Shown: positions 16,779 to 26,237 of the stretch, piece by piece
Layout: each line of letters begins with the position of its first letter
Numbering within the stretch: the first letter of the stretch is position 1
From: Chloroflexota bacterium
GTDB taxonomy: Bacteria; Chloroflexota; Anaerolineae; Anaerolineales; Villigracilaceae
Direction: 5' to 3'
Assembly (NCBI GenBank): GCA_041301605.1
Contig: JBFYSM010000198.1
Span: 1 to 28,483, forward strand
Length of the DNA stretch: 28,483 nucleotides
Program-made: the position numbers and the translations under genes
Notes under the pieces: model-generated
Told to the model about the DNA's origin: nothing
Seen by the model: only the letters and a program-made list of their open reading frames with translations
Databases searched by the model: none

Positions 16779-18287
16779 ATGAGCAAACTCCTCCTCGGCA
16801 TTGACGTAGGTACATACTCCAGCAAAGGTGTTCTGGTCGAAACGGATGGCACGCTGGTCAAGACCGCTGTGGTCGAACATGAGATGTCCATCCCCCACCC
16901 CGGCTGGGCCGAACAGGATGCCGACGCGGTCTGGTGGGGCGATGTGGTCAAACTCTGCCGCCAACTCCTGAACGGCGACCCCTACCGCGGCGCAGACGTG
17001 GCCGCGGTGGCGGTCAGCGCCATCGGGCCATGCATGTTACCGCTCGACTCCCGCGACCGTCCCCTGCGCCCCGGCCTGCTCTACGGCGTGGACGCGCGTG
17101 CCAGCCGCCAGATCGACGCACTCAACCGCAAGTGGGGTGAGCAGGCCATCTACGATTTCTCAGGCATGGCGTTCACCAGCCAGGCGGTCGGTCCAAAAAT
17201 TTTGTGGCTGAGCGAGAACGAACCGGATCTGTGGACGCAGACCACCCACATCACCACCGCTTCGAGTTACCTGATCCTGCGCCTTACCGGCGAAAAAGTG
17301 ATCGACCGTCACACAGCCAGTCACTACATGCCGCTGATGGATATCCGCTCCCTGGAATGGTCCAACCGCTTCGCCAACGGCCTGATACAAACAGCGAGCC
17401 TGCCGCGCCTGGCCTGGAGCGACGAACTCGCCGGGCGCGTCGATGCGGCCGGGGCCGAGGAGACTGGGCTGGCAGTCGGCACCCCCGTGGCGGTCGGCGC
17501 GGTGGACGCCCTCAGCGAAGCCATCAGTGTCGGCGTTGTCCAGCCGGGCGACCTGATGATCATGTATGGCTCGACCGCGTTCTTTATTCTCGTGGAAGAT
17601 GCCCCGCGTCCCGACCCGCGCCTGTGGACAGTTGCGGGCGCGTTCGAGGGCCAGTACAACCTGGCAGCAGGCATGGCCACCACCGGCTCGCTCACGCGTT
17701 GGTTCCGCGACGAACTGGCGCGTGATCTCCCCGAAGATACCGCCTACGCCACGCTTTTCGCACAGGCCGAAACCATTCCACCCGGTGCGGAAGGTCTCCT
17801 GCTCCTGCCCTATTTCAGCGGCGAGCGCACGCCAATCAACGACACACAGGCGCGCGGTGTCTTTGCCGGCCTGACCCTGGCGCACCGCCGCGAGCATCTC
17901 TACCGCGCTGTGCTCGAAAGCGTGGCCTTCGGCATCCGCCACAACATCGAGACCTTCCAGTTCATCGGCGCGGATGTGAAGCGCGTCGTCGCCGTGGGCG
18001 GCGGGACAAAGAGCACCACCTGGCTGCAGATCGTCTCGGATGTGGCCGGGATCGCTCAAGAAGTGCCGCAGTTGACCATCGGGGCGAGTTACGGTGACGC
18101 GTTCCTGGCCGGCGTGGCCTCCGGTCAACTCCGGCGGGAGGACCTGGCCCGCTGGGTGCAGCCCGGTTCCGAGGTCCAGCCTGAACCGGCCCGCAAGGCG
18201 GTCTACGACTCCCTTTACAGCGATTACCGCCTGCTATACGAACGGACGAAAGACATCGTTCATCGTCTCGGAGAAAAACGTGGCTGA
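16779..18287 (+). CDS. FGGY-family carbohydrate kinase
   Basis: LGIDVGTYSSK, PGWAEQD, YFSGERTP, LYRAVLES, VGGG motifs. Confidence 0.92.
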   Translation: MSKLLLGIDVGTYSSKGVLVETDGTLVKTAVVEHEMSIPHPGWAEQDADAVWWGDVVKLCRQLLNGDPYRGADVAAVAVSAIGPCMLPLDSRDRPLRPGLLYGVDARASRQIDALNRKWGEQAIYDFSGMAFTSQAVGPKILWLSENEPDLWTQTTHITTASSYLILRLTGEKVIDRHTASHYMPLMDIRSLEWSNRFANGLIQTASLPRLAWSDELAGRVDAAGAEETGLAVGTPVAVGAVDALSEAISVGVVQPGDLMIMYGSTAFFILVEDAPRPDPRLWTVAGAFEGQYNLAAGMATTGSLTRWFRDELARDLPEDTAYATLFAQAETIPPGAEGLLLLPYFSGERTPINDTQARGVFAGLTLAHRREHLYRAVLESVAFGIRHNIETFQFIGADVKRVVAVGGGTKSTTWLQIVSDVAGIAQEVPQLTIGASYGDAFLAGVASGQLRREDLARWVQPGSEVQPEPARKAVYDSLYSDYRLLYERTKDIVHRLGEKRG

Positions 18288-19323
18288 TCCCGTACTTCAA
18301 CGCCGCAAACAACGCTGGCTGGAATTCTACAACCTGTCCAGCTCACGGCGGGTGGCATACCTGATCCGCTACTCCCCCGAATTACCCCCACGCCCCCTGC
18401 CGACCCCTGATCGCGTCCCGGAACGCATCGAGTGGATCTGGCAGAACTACGTGTACCACCTGCGCCGCATGGACTGGCTGGAGGATGACACTCTCCCCTG
18501 TATCGACATGCTGACCGGTACCGAGATCTTCGCCGAAGCCTTCGGCTGCCGCATCCTCTACCCGGCCGACAACAACCCTGCACCGTTCCCGCTCATTCAC
18601 AACGCTGCCGAGGCTGAAGCCCTGCGCATCCCATCCCTGGATGTACCCCCCCTGCGGCGCGTTTTCGAGATGGCAGATGAACTATCCCGCCGCGCCGGGC
18701 CAGGGGCGCTCTTTCGTCTCGTGGATATGCAGTGCCCGCTGGATGTAGCCGCCATGATGTGGGACAAGCTGGACTTCTATCCGGCGCTGGTGAAACACCC
18801 TGAAGCGGTGGCCAGCCTGGTCGAAAAGATCACTGCCCTTCAGTTTTCTTTTCTGGACGAGTGGTACTGCCGCTACGGAACAGAGTTTGTGGCTCACTAC
18901 CCTGATTATTACATGCCATGCGGTGTCACGCTTTCCTTGGACGAGATCGGTGCGGTCAGCGGCAAGATGTTCTTGAAATATTTCCTGCCGCATCTCAACC
19001 GCTTCTCCGAACGCTACGGCGGATTGGGCATTCACTGCTGCGCCCATGCCCGTCACCAGTGGGAACACATCAAGAAGGTCACCGGGTTGCGCCTGCTCAA
19101 CATCAACAACCAGGGCAAAATGGTGGAAGAGGCATATTCGTTCTTTGCTGATTTCGTCGCACAATGGCACTATGACCAATCCCCGGTCCCGCTCACGCCG
19201 TTGGAGTGGATGGAAGAGATCCCGGTCGATGCCCACGTTGTTCTCGACATCAATGTAAATTCGCGCGCAGAAGCTCTGAAGGCAAGCGAACAGGCTTCCC
19301 TCTGGAATGAATATCATGAATGA
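18280..19323 (+). CDS. URO-D/MtaA-fold protein of unknown function
   Basis: GTG start overlapping the kinase stop; D.Q.PLD, LDEIG.VS.KMF..YFLP and IHCC motifs of the uroporphyrinogen decarboxylase/methyltransferase superfamily. Confidence 0.65.
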   Translation: MADPVLQRRKQRWLEFYNLSSSRRVAYLIRYSPELPPRPLPTPDRVPERIEWIWQNYVYHLRRMDWLEDDTLPCIDMLTGTEIFAEAFGCRILYPADNNPAPFPLIHNAAEAEALRIPSLDVPPLRRVFEMADELSRRAGPGALFRLVDMQCPLDVAAMMWDKLDFYPALVKHPEAVASLVEKITALQFSFLDEWYCRYGTEFVAHYPDYYMPCGVTLSLDEIGAVSGKMFLKYFLPHLNRFSERYGGLGIHCCAHARHQWEHIKKVTGLRLLNINNQGKMVEEAYSFFADFVAQWHYDQSPVPLTPLEWMEEIPVDAHVVLDINVNSRAEALKASEQASLWNEYHE

Positions 19324-20341
19324 TTTGTTTTCCCCATTGCCGCGTGCCGAGGTAGTCAAAGCAGTCGAAAGGAAGTATCCCTGTCGCATCCCGTTGGTGA
19401 TGGCAAAATGGTGGGGGGAAGGTTTCGAGTCGCTGCACGGTTTGGCGCTGAAACAGTTCGACAAATATCCCGAAGATGTTGTCATGGCCTTGATCGAGCC
19501 ATTCGATTACTCCAGAATGTCGCTGCCATGGGAAGTTGACCTCAAGGGCGCATATGACACGCGCTGCGTGCTCAATGATTGGGCCAAACTAGATGACTTC
19601 ATCTCCTGCCTGCCAAACCCGGCAGAGGATCCTCAGTTTGAATGGGCAAAGGAGATGGAAGCAAAGGCACATGCCGAAGACCGGTATTTTATTTTCGGGT
19701 GGTGGCGCTTATTCTTTGAACGTCCCTGGGAAATACGCGGCATGTTGAACCTGTTGAAAGATTTCGTCACATACCCGGAACAGGTACATACACTATACGA
19801 CGCTTTGCGCGAGACCTATCTGGCCTATCTGCGCCGCGCCTTGAGCGAATTCCAGTTTGACGGTTTCTGGACCAGCGATGACCTGGGACATCAGAGACAA
19901 TTATTCATGAGTCCCAAAACCTTCCGGATTTTCTTGAAACCTCGCTATGAACGCATTGGCGCCTTTCTGCACGAACACGGCATCCACTGGTGGTTGCACA
20001 GTTGCGGTAACAACACCCTGATCATGGGCGATTTATCAGAAACAGGGGTGAACGTTTTCCACCCCGTGCAAAAGCACACCATGGATGAGCGTGCGGTTGC
20101 TTCTCAATACGGCGAACGCATCTCTTTTCTCGCCGGCTTCGATGTCCAGCAAACCTTGCGCACCGCCTCTCCAGAAGAAGTGCGCGCCGAGGTCCGTTTC
20201 TTGATCGATACCTTCGACCGGCCCGATGGTGGCATGTGCCTGGCAGCCGGGAACGGTATCCTGCCTGGAACACCGTTGGAAAATGTGGACGCATTTTTCG
20301 ATGAAGCTTTAATTTACGGAGTAAAGAAGAGAAACCGATGA
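19316..20341 (+). CDS. Uroporphyrinogen decarboxylase / MtaA-CmuA family protein
   Basis: SDDLG.Q..LFMSP, WLHSCG, HPVQ, GFDVQ..L, EEVRAEV, LPGTPLENV motifs; start 19307 or 19316. Confidence 0.85.
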   Translation: MNDLFSPLPRAEVVKAVERKYPCRIPLVMAKWWGEGFESLHGLALKQFDKYPEDVVMALIEPFDYSRMSLPWEVDLKGAYDTRCVLNDWAKLDDFISCLPNPAEDPQFEWAKEMEAKAHAEDRYFIFGWWRLFFERPWEIRGMLNLLKDFVTYPEQVHTLYDALRETYLAYLRRALSEFQFDGFWTSDDLGHQRQLFMSPKTFRIFLKPRYERIGAFLHEHGIHWWLHSCGNNTLIMGDLSETGVNVFHPVQKHTMDERAVASQYGERISFLAGFDVQQTLRTASPEEVRAEVRFLIDTFDRPDGGMCLAAGNGILPGTPLENVDAFFDEALIYGVKKRNR

Positions 20342-22719
20342 AAACAGACTATTCCCGCCTAGACACTGCCAGCAGAAAAGATGACCGCTGGCTCATCCTC
20401 GGATCGGGAGGCGGCGGCTGCGTCCACACGCTGACCGTCAACCCGCACCGCCCCGCTACGATGGTTGTCTCGTGCGATATGACCGCCGGGTACATCACCC
20501 ACAACGGTGGAAAATCGTGGCGCGAATTCAATTTAAAAAGCCGCCAATACGCTTACGCCTTCGACCCCCATGATCCCGACACGCTCTGGGTGGGCACGAG
20601 TGGACTTTTCCGCTCGCGGGATAACGGCTCCACCTGGCAGCTCGTCTTTCCCAACCCCGCCAAACTCAAGGGCGAGACCCGCCTGGGCGACGAATGCCGC
20701 CACAGTTTCATCCCCGGCGATAACTGGCCCGGCAGGAACATCCACGCCATCACCGTGGACCCAGTCCGCGACGGGCAGGTTTTCATCGGCATCAAGAAGA
20801 TGGGGCCGCCGGAGCCTTTCGATTTCCAGCGGCCGGTCGAGCGCGAAGGCATCCTCGTATATGCGACCGAGGATGACGGGCTGACCTGGCGCGAGGCGGC
20901 TGAACTCGACGCGGTGGACATCTACCTGATCGTTATTGACCCGGCCTCACCGGTCGAAGCGCGCCGCCTGCTCGTTTTCACCGAGAAATCGATCTTCCGC
21001 GTGGATACTGCCGCGGGCGCGGCCTCCCCGCTCCCCCTGCCGGAGAACGTGCGGTTCCTGAACCATGCCGCCGCCGCAGTGAACCCGGAGAACGGGGATA
21101 CGGTCTTCTACCTGGACGCCTTCGTGGAACTCCCCGGTTCGCAGGCGGGTTCCACCATCCTGCGCTCGCGCGACCTGGGCCAAACCTGGGATGACCTTGC
21201 CCCGGGGATCGCTGCCCTCCACCCCGCTGGACAGCCCTGGATCACGCAGATCTCTGCCTGCGGCGCTGACGCCCGCAGTGTGTGGACCGTCCTCGAGCGC
21301 TTCCCCGACCGGGAAACGGACGGCTCCCCCATCGACCGCTACGGCATCCTGCACAGCACAGACTCCGGTCAGACCTGGCGCTGGGTGGTCAGGCATGACG
21401 ATTTCCACGACCCCGATAACCGCGAGTTCGGCTGGGCGGAGCGCGATTACGGCGCGAAATGGGGCGACCTGACCGGCGACCACCAGATCAGTCCCAAAGG
21501 CCGCTTCTGCTGGGACGTGGTTGCCAGCCCCGTGGATCCGGATACCTGCTACACCATGGATTTCTCGACGATCTATGCAACCCATGATGGCGGTCAAACC
21601 TGGCAGCAACTGGTTACCAACCTTCATGCGGATGGGTCGGCTTCTTCACGCGGCATCGATGTGCTCGGTGTGTACGGCGTGATCTTCGACCCCTTCAACC
21701 CGCAGCACATCGCCCTCCCCGTCACCGACGCGGGCATCTTCCATTCGCTTAACAGCGGGCGCACCTGGTGGCATGACCTGCAAGGCGTGCCCCGCGAATG
21801 GATCAACACCTGCTACTGGATGGTCTTCGACCCCGAAGTAAAAGGACGCGCCTGGTCGGCCTGGTCGGCCATGCACGACATCCCGCGTCTGAAGATGTTC
21901 CGCGAGGAATTCTTCGCCCGCGACCGGGGCGGAATCTGCAGGTCGGATGACGGCCTGCAATCCTGGTCTCCAAGTGCAAAAGGATTACCGGAACACGCCC
22001 TCTGCACCCATCTCGTGCTCGACCCCGCCAGCCCTGCTGGGCGGCGTACGCTCTATGCGGCGGTCTTCAATGGCGGCGTCTACAAATCCACTGACGATGG
22101 CGCAACCTGGACGCGCAGGAGCAACGGCATCGACCCGCGCAACCTCTTCGCCTGGCGGCTGGCCCTGCTCCCGGATGGGATGTTATACCTGGTGGTTGTC
22201 AAGAACCGTCTCTTGGGGCGAGAATGTACCGGTGCGGTCTACAAATCCACCAACAGCGCCGAAACATGGGAACCGGTGTCCCTGCCTGTGGGCGTGGATT
22301 TCCCCAACGACCTGACCTTCGATCCCTCAGGGCGGCTCTATCTTTCCTGCTGGCCGCGGAGCGATGGAGACAGGAATATAGCCGGCGGCGCGTACGCCAG
22401 CGATGACGGCGGCCGGACCTGGGATCCGGTTTTCGACCCGGCAGCGCACGTTTACACCGTCACCGTCGATCCGGCCAATCAGTCTGTGCTTTACCTGTCC
22501 ACCTTCGATGCTGCCCTGTACCGTTCCATCGACCGCGGCCGAACCTGGAAGCCGCTGGCGGGATTCGATTTCCAATGGGGCTACCGCCCGGTCCCCGACC
22601 CGCACCACCCCGGCATGCTCTACCTGACCACTTTTGGCAGTTCGGTCTGGTATGGCCCGGCGGAGGGGGTGGATGATGCCACCGAAAACATCAATGATAC
22701 TTGTCTTTTTATGGGATAA
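20338..22719 (+). CDS. BNR/Asp-box repeat double beta-propeller protein (GH74/sialidase-like fold)
   Basis: Many SxDxGxTW boxes (SRDNGSTW, SRDLGQTW, STDSGQTW, STDDGATW, SDDGGRTW, SIDRGRTW); no signal peptide. Confidence 0.82.
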   Translation: MKTDYSRLDTASRKDDRWLILGSGGGGCVHTLTVNPHRPATMVVSCDMTAGYITHNGGKSWREFNLKSRQYAYAFDPHDPDTLWVGTSGLFRSRDNGSTWQLVFPNPAKLKGETRLGDECRHSFIPGDNWPGRNIHAITVDPVRDGQVFIGIKKMGPPEPFDFQRPVEREGILVYATEDDGLTWREAAELDAVDIYLIVIDPASPVEARRLLVFTEKSIFRVDTAAGAASPLPLPENVRFLNHAAAAVNPENGDTVFYLDAFVELPGSQAGSTILRSRDLGQTWDDLAPGIAALHPAGQPWITQISACGADARSVWTVLERFPDRETDGSPIDRYGILHSTDSGQTWRWVVRHDDFHDPDNREFGWAERDYGAKWGDLTGDHQISPKGRFCWDVVASPVDPDTCYTMDFSTIYATHDGGQTWQQLVTNLHADGSASSRGIDVLGVYGVIFDPFNPQHIALPVTDAGIFHSLNSGRTWWHDLQGVPREWINTCYWMVFDPEVKGRAWSAWSAMHDIPRLKMFREEFFARDRGGICRSDDGLQSWSPSAKGLPEHALCTHLVLDPASPAGRRTLYAAVFNGGVYKSTDDGATWTRRSNGIDPRNLFAWRLALLPDGMLYLVVVKNRLLGRECTGAVYKSTNSAETWEPVSLPVGVDFPNDLTFDPSGRLYLSCWPRSDGDRNIAGGAYASDDGGRTWDPVFDPAAHVYTVTVDPANQSVLYLSTFDAALYRSIDRGRTWKPLAGFDFQWGYRPVPDPHHPGMLYLTTFGSSVWYGPAEGVDDATENINDTCLFMG

Positions 22720-22753
22720 GTCTGAAACCTGTCTATCCTTCCGGGAGAAATCA

Positions 22754-22775
22754 CCTTTACCAAACCTTTACAAAA
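22754..22775. promoter_or_regulatory. 11-bp direct repeat, possible OmpR-family binding site
   Basis: CCTTTACCAAA CCTTTACAAAA about 90 bp upstream of the response regulator. Confidence 0.45.
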
Positions 22776-22865
22776 CATTTTTGCCTCCATCGCAATCGAA
22801 GAGTACACTTCCATCATTGCCTTCAGAAGAGTAATATCCACCCCAAATTCAAGTAGAATAAACCC

Positions 22866-23549
22866 ATGACGAAAATACTTGTGATCGATGATGAACCCTC
22901 CATCATCAACCTGGTCAGCGCCTACCTCAAGCCCGAAGGCTACGAAGTGTTCACCGCTTCGGACGGCAACGCCGGGTTGAAGGCAGCGCGCGCTTTCAAG
23001 CCCGACCTGATCATCCTCGACCTGATGCTGCCCGGCATCGACGGCATTGAGATGCTCTCCCGCCTGCGGCGCGAATCGAATGTCTATGTCATCATGCTGA
23101 CCGCCCGCAGCGAGGAGACCGACAAGATCGTCGGGTTGTCTGTCGGCGCAGATGACTACGTCACCAAGCCGTTCAGCCCGCGCGAGCTGGTGGCGCGCGT
23201 CAAGGCGGCCATGCGGCGCATGCAAGCGGTGACAGGCGCAGGCCCGGAAAGGGACGTGCTGTCCTTCAAGCATGTGCTTATCGATGTCAACGCCCACACG
23301 GTCAGCGTGGACGATGTCCCCATCGAACTGACCAGCATCGAATTCGACCTGTTGCGCGCCCTGGCCGAAAACCGCGGCCGGGTGCTCAGCCGCGAGCAAC
23401 TGCTGGACAAGGTCTGGGGCGGGGAGTACTTCGGCGAGATGCGCGTGGTGGATGTCCACCTGGGGCACGTGCGCCAGAAACTGGGCCGCGAGGAACTGAT
23501 CGCCACCGTGCGCGGCGTGGGCTATCGCTTCGAGGATGAGCCGCTTTAG
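22866..23549 (+). CDS. OmpR/PhoB-family response regulator
   Basis: VIDDE, LDLMLP, LTAR, GADDYVTKPFSPREL, winged helix ATVRGVGYRF. Confidence 0.95.
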   Translation: MTKILVIDDEPSIINLVSAYLKPEGYEVFTASDGNAGLKAARAFKPDLIILDLMLPGIDGIEMLSRLRRESNVYVIMLTARSEETDKIVGLSVGADDYVTKPFSPRELVARVKAAMRRMQAVTGAGPERDVLSFKHVLIDVNAHTVSVDDVPIELTSIEFDLLRALAENRGRVLSREQLLDKVWGGEYFGEMRVVDVHLGHVRQKLGREELIATVRGVGYRFEDEPL

Positions 23550-23564
23550 GAAGCGCGTTTGTAA

Positions 23565-23935
23565 AAAAAACCACAGATGAACGCAGATGAACGGCCCGAC
23601 AGTTTTAAGCACATGGTGGTCGAGTAGCCCCGAATGCTCTTTGAGGGGCATACACTTGCGCCGGCATGCAAGTGCAGGTGTCGAAACCACAATTCGAGAT
23701 CTTCCTGTTATGGTTGGTCCCGATACGGCGGAAGAGCACTGCCTGCTCGACCAACGATGTTGTCAAAACATAAAATCCCAGGTGGCTGGAACACAGGTAA
23801 ACCAAAAGCCACCATCGTTGGCAAATTCATCAACAAATCTGTGTCCATCTGTGTACATCTGTGGCAAATAGAAATAAAGGATTTCCTCTTGAAGATCGAT
23901 AAACCTTCGCGTTCTTCTTTCCTTCGCGGTGAATC
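23565..23935. repeat. Cluster of small palindromic/tandem repeats between regulator and kinase
   Basis: CCACAGATGAACGCAGATGAAC paired with ATCTGTGTCCATCTGTGTACATCTGTGG; GGTCGAGTA-family copies at 23616-23690 and 23713-23755; CCAACGATG/CATCGTTGG hairpin; CTTCGCG repeats. Confidence 0.75.
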
Positions 23936-23959
23936 TTCCCTTTTACGGCTGGAGGCCGC

Positions 23960-25114
23960 ATGTTGAAATACATCCGTGAACATCTCGGGGCGAAATTGGT
24001 TCTGGCCAACCTGGCCGTGATCATCATCGGCGTGATCGTCCTGGCCATCACCATCCAGCTCATCATCCCATCCGCCTACGACCGCCACCTGGGCAATGCC
24101 AGCGCGGGCACCGGCACGGGCTCGGGACAGGGCCTGGGCCAGGGAGCAGGAGGCCCCAGCGGGGCGCAGGGCACCGGGCGGACGCTGTTCGAGAATTTCC
24201 GGGCCGGCATCTTCGAAGCCTTCGGGTATGCCGCCACGGCCCTGGTGGCGGCGGCCCTGCTGGTCAGCCTGTTCCTCAGCCGCCGGATCGTCGCCCCGGT
24301 GCGCAAGCTCACGGATGCATCCCAGCACATCGCCGAGGGGGATTATGAGAAACGGGTCAAGGTGCAGGGCGTGGACGAGATCGCCCAACTGGCCGGGCGC
24401 TTCAACCACATGGCCGGCCAGCTCGAACAGGCCGAAACCCTGCGCCGCCAGCTGATCGGGGATGTGACCCACGAACTGCGCACGCCGCTCACCTCCATCA
24501 AGGGTTACATGGAAGGCCTGGTGGACGGTGTTCTCCCCCCCACGCCCGAAACCTTCAACCAGATCCACCAAGAAGCCGACCGGCTCTCGCGCCTGGTGGA
24601 CGACCTGCAAGAGTTGAGCCGTGTGGAGGCAAAGGCATTTTCTTTGGATGTTCACCCGGTGGCCGTCTCGAGCCTCGTGCAGACCACCCTGAAACGGCTG
24701 GCCCCCCAGGCAGCAGCCAAGCGGATCGACCTGGGCTCCGACCTGCCCGCTGACCTCCCGCCGATCCTGGCCGACGAGGATCGCATCACGCAGGTGCTCG
24801 TCAACCTGGCGGCCAACGCCATCCAGTACACGCCCGAAGGCGGCCGGGTAACCATTTCGGCCGGACAGCATGGCGATGAAGTCCAGGTTGCGGTGACCGA
24901 CACGGGCATCGGCATCCCGCCCGAGCACATCGGCAATCTCTTCACCCGCTTCTACCGCGTTGACAAATCCCGCTCGCGGGGCGCGGGGGGCGGTTCGGGC
25001 ATTGGCCTGACGATTGCCCGCCACCTGGTCGAAGCCCACGGCGGGCGCATCTGGGCCGGGTCGGAAGGCGAGGGGAAAGGTAGCACGTTCACCTTCAGCG
25101 TGAAGACATGCTAG
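23960..25114 (+). CDS. HAMP sensor histidine kinase (BaeS-like)
   Basis: Two TM segments, HAMP, H-box VTHELRTPLT, NLAANA, DTGIGIP, GSGIGL; RBS GGAGG. Confidence 0.95.
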   Translation: MLKYIREHLGAKLVLANLAVIIIGVIVLAITIQLIIPSAYDRHLGNASAGTGTGSGQGLGQGAGGPSGAQGTGRTLFENFRAGIFEAFGYAATALVAAALLVSLFLSRRIVAPVRKLTDASQHIAEGDYEKRVKVQGVDEIAQLAGRFNHMAGQLEQAETLRRQLIGDVTHELRTPLTSIKGYMEGLVDGVLPPTPETFNQIHQEADRLSRLVDDLQELSRVEAKAFSLDVHPVAVSSLVQTTLKRLAPQAAAKRIDLGSDLPADLPPILADEDRITQVLVNLAANAIQYTPEGGRVTISAGQHGDEVQVAVTDTGIGIPPEHIGNLFTRFYRVDKSRSRGAGGGSGIGLTIARHLVEAHGGRIWAGSEGEGKGSTFTFSVKTC

Positions 25115-25157
25115 ATTTGTTGATCGACGATTGTGGATTGAAGAGGGGGATCGACCG

Positions 25158-25442
25158 CTAACCCTTCGATACCGATAAATGCGCATCCACGGAATCCAAC
25201 AGCGTGCTCCAGCCGTACCAGAGGATGCGACCACTATCCAGTTCCCCCTGCAATTCCGGAAGCAATTCCCCCAGGAATGGATGCTGCTCCAGGAGTTCGC
25301 GGAGCGCGGTACAGGCATCGGTGCGCATGCGCCTTGCATCTTCTACGTAATTGTGATCCTCGGCATCGTTGGCGCTGCCGAGCACACGCAGGTGGCTGGC
25401 AGCCTCGCCGAGGATTTTCTGATGTAGCAGGTCCATCATCAT
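25158..25442 (-). CDS. Hypothetical protein (94 aa)
   Basis: Protein-like helical composition, fills an intergenic gap; no family recognised. Confidence 0.5.
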   Translation of the reverse strand: MMMDLLHQKILGEAASHLRVLGSANDAEDHNYVEDARRMRTDACTALRELLEQHPFLGELLPELQGELDSGRILWYGWSTLLDSVDAHLSVSKG

Positions 25443-25625
25443 GAGATTCTATCCCATTTCTGTTATTGTCACCAACCCATGGTTTTGTTATACTGGCTGT
25501 GGATATTGAGATCAATTCTATGCAGCCGATAAGCTGTCAATCCGCCAAATAGCGGTGAGCTAAAGAACGCTATGAATACTGCCATTGGGCGCCTCAGATA
25601 ATTCAAAATTAAACATAACGCTTCC

Positions 25626-26237
25626 ATGAAACAATGTTACCTCTGTGGCAAGAACCTCATAAAAAACGTGAACAAGAGCAAGGATCATGTTCCACCTGAT
25701 TGCATCTTCCCGAAAGATAAGCCTCCCAATTTGATCACTGTTCCGTGTTGCAAAAGCTGTAATGGTGAGTTCAAACAACTTGATGAGAGAATGCGTAATT
25801 ATCTTGCTCTATTGGCAGGAGATAAATCCGCAAGCGTTGGGCAGATTGCAAAGAGGGAGGTTTTAAGAAGTCGAAAGTGGCAAGAAGTTTTTCGTTCCTA
25901 CACAAAACAACATCCTATTTTGGTTGACGAAAACGGTAGCTCTCACCTCGTATTCTATTTTGATGATAAAGAACTCAAGACATGGCTGGTTCGAGTCACA
26001 AAGGGACTCTTCTATAAACTCAACAGAACCAGAATCAGCGACGTCGCGACCTTTAAAGTTGGGAAGTATCCGCAATTCACTCCACAACCGAGCGAAACCT
26101 TTCCTATGGAAAAAGGTTTGGAGTTTCGCCCTTATTTTGTTTATGGAGTGATCCGAGAGGAGAATAATGATTTTTGGGTTCTTTTTTTCTACGATCAACT
26201 GATCTTTAGCGTATCTGTTGATTTCCCTGTGCGATAA
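25626..26237 (+). CDS. HNH-type endonuclease domain protein
   Basis: CxxC...DHVPP...TVPCCKSCN zinc/HNH signature; visibly AT-richer than neighbours. Confidence 0.7.
   Translation: MKQCYLCGKNLIKNVNKSKDHVPPDCIFPKDKPPNLITVPCCKSCNGEFKQLDERMRNYLALLAGDKSASVGQIAKREVLRSRKWQEVFRSYTKQHPILVDENGSSHLVFYFDDKELKTWLVRVTKGLFYKLNRTRISDVATFKVGKYPQFTPQPSETFPMEKGLEFRPYFVYGVIREENNDFWVLFFYDQLIFSVSVDFPVR

Noticed and set aside
5534-23935. CRISPR array from the recurring repeats
   Set aside because: Copies are dispersed, nested and variable, with no regular repeat-spacer period and no cas genes.
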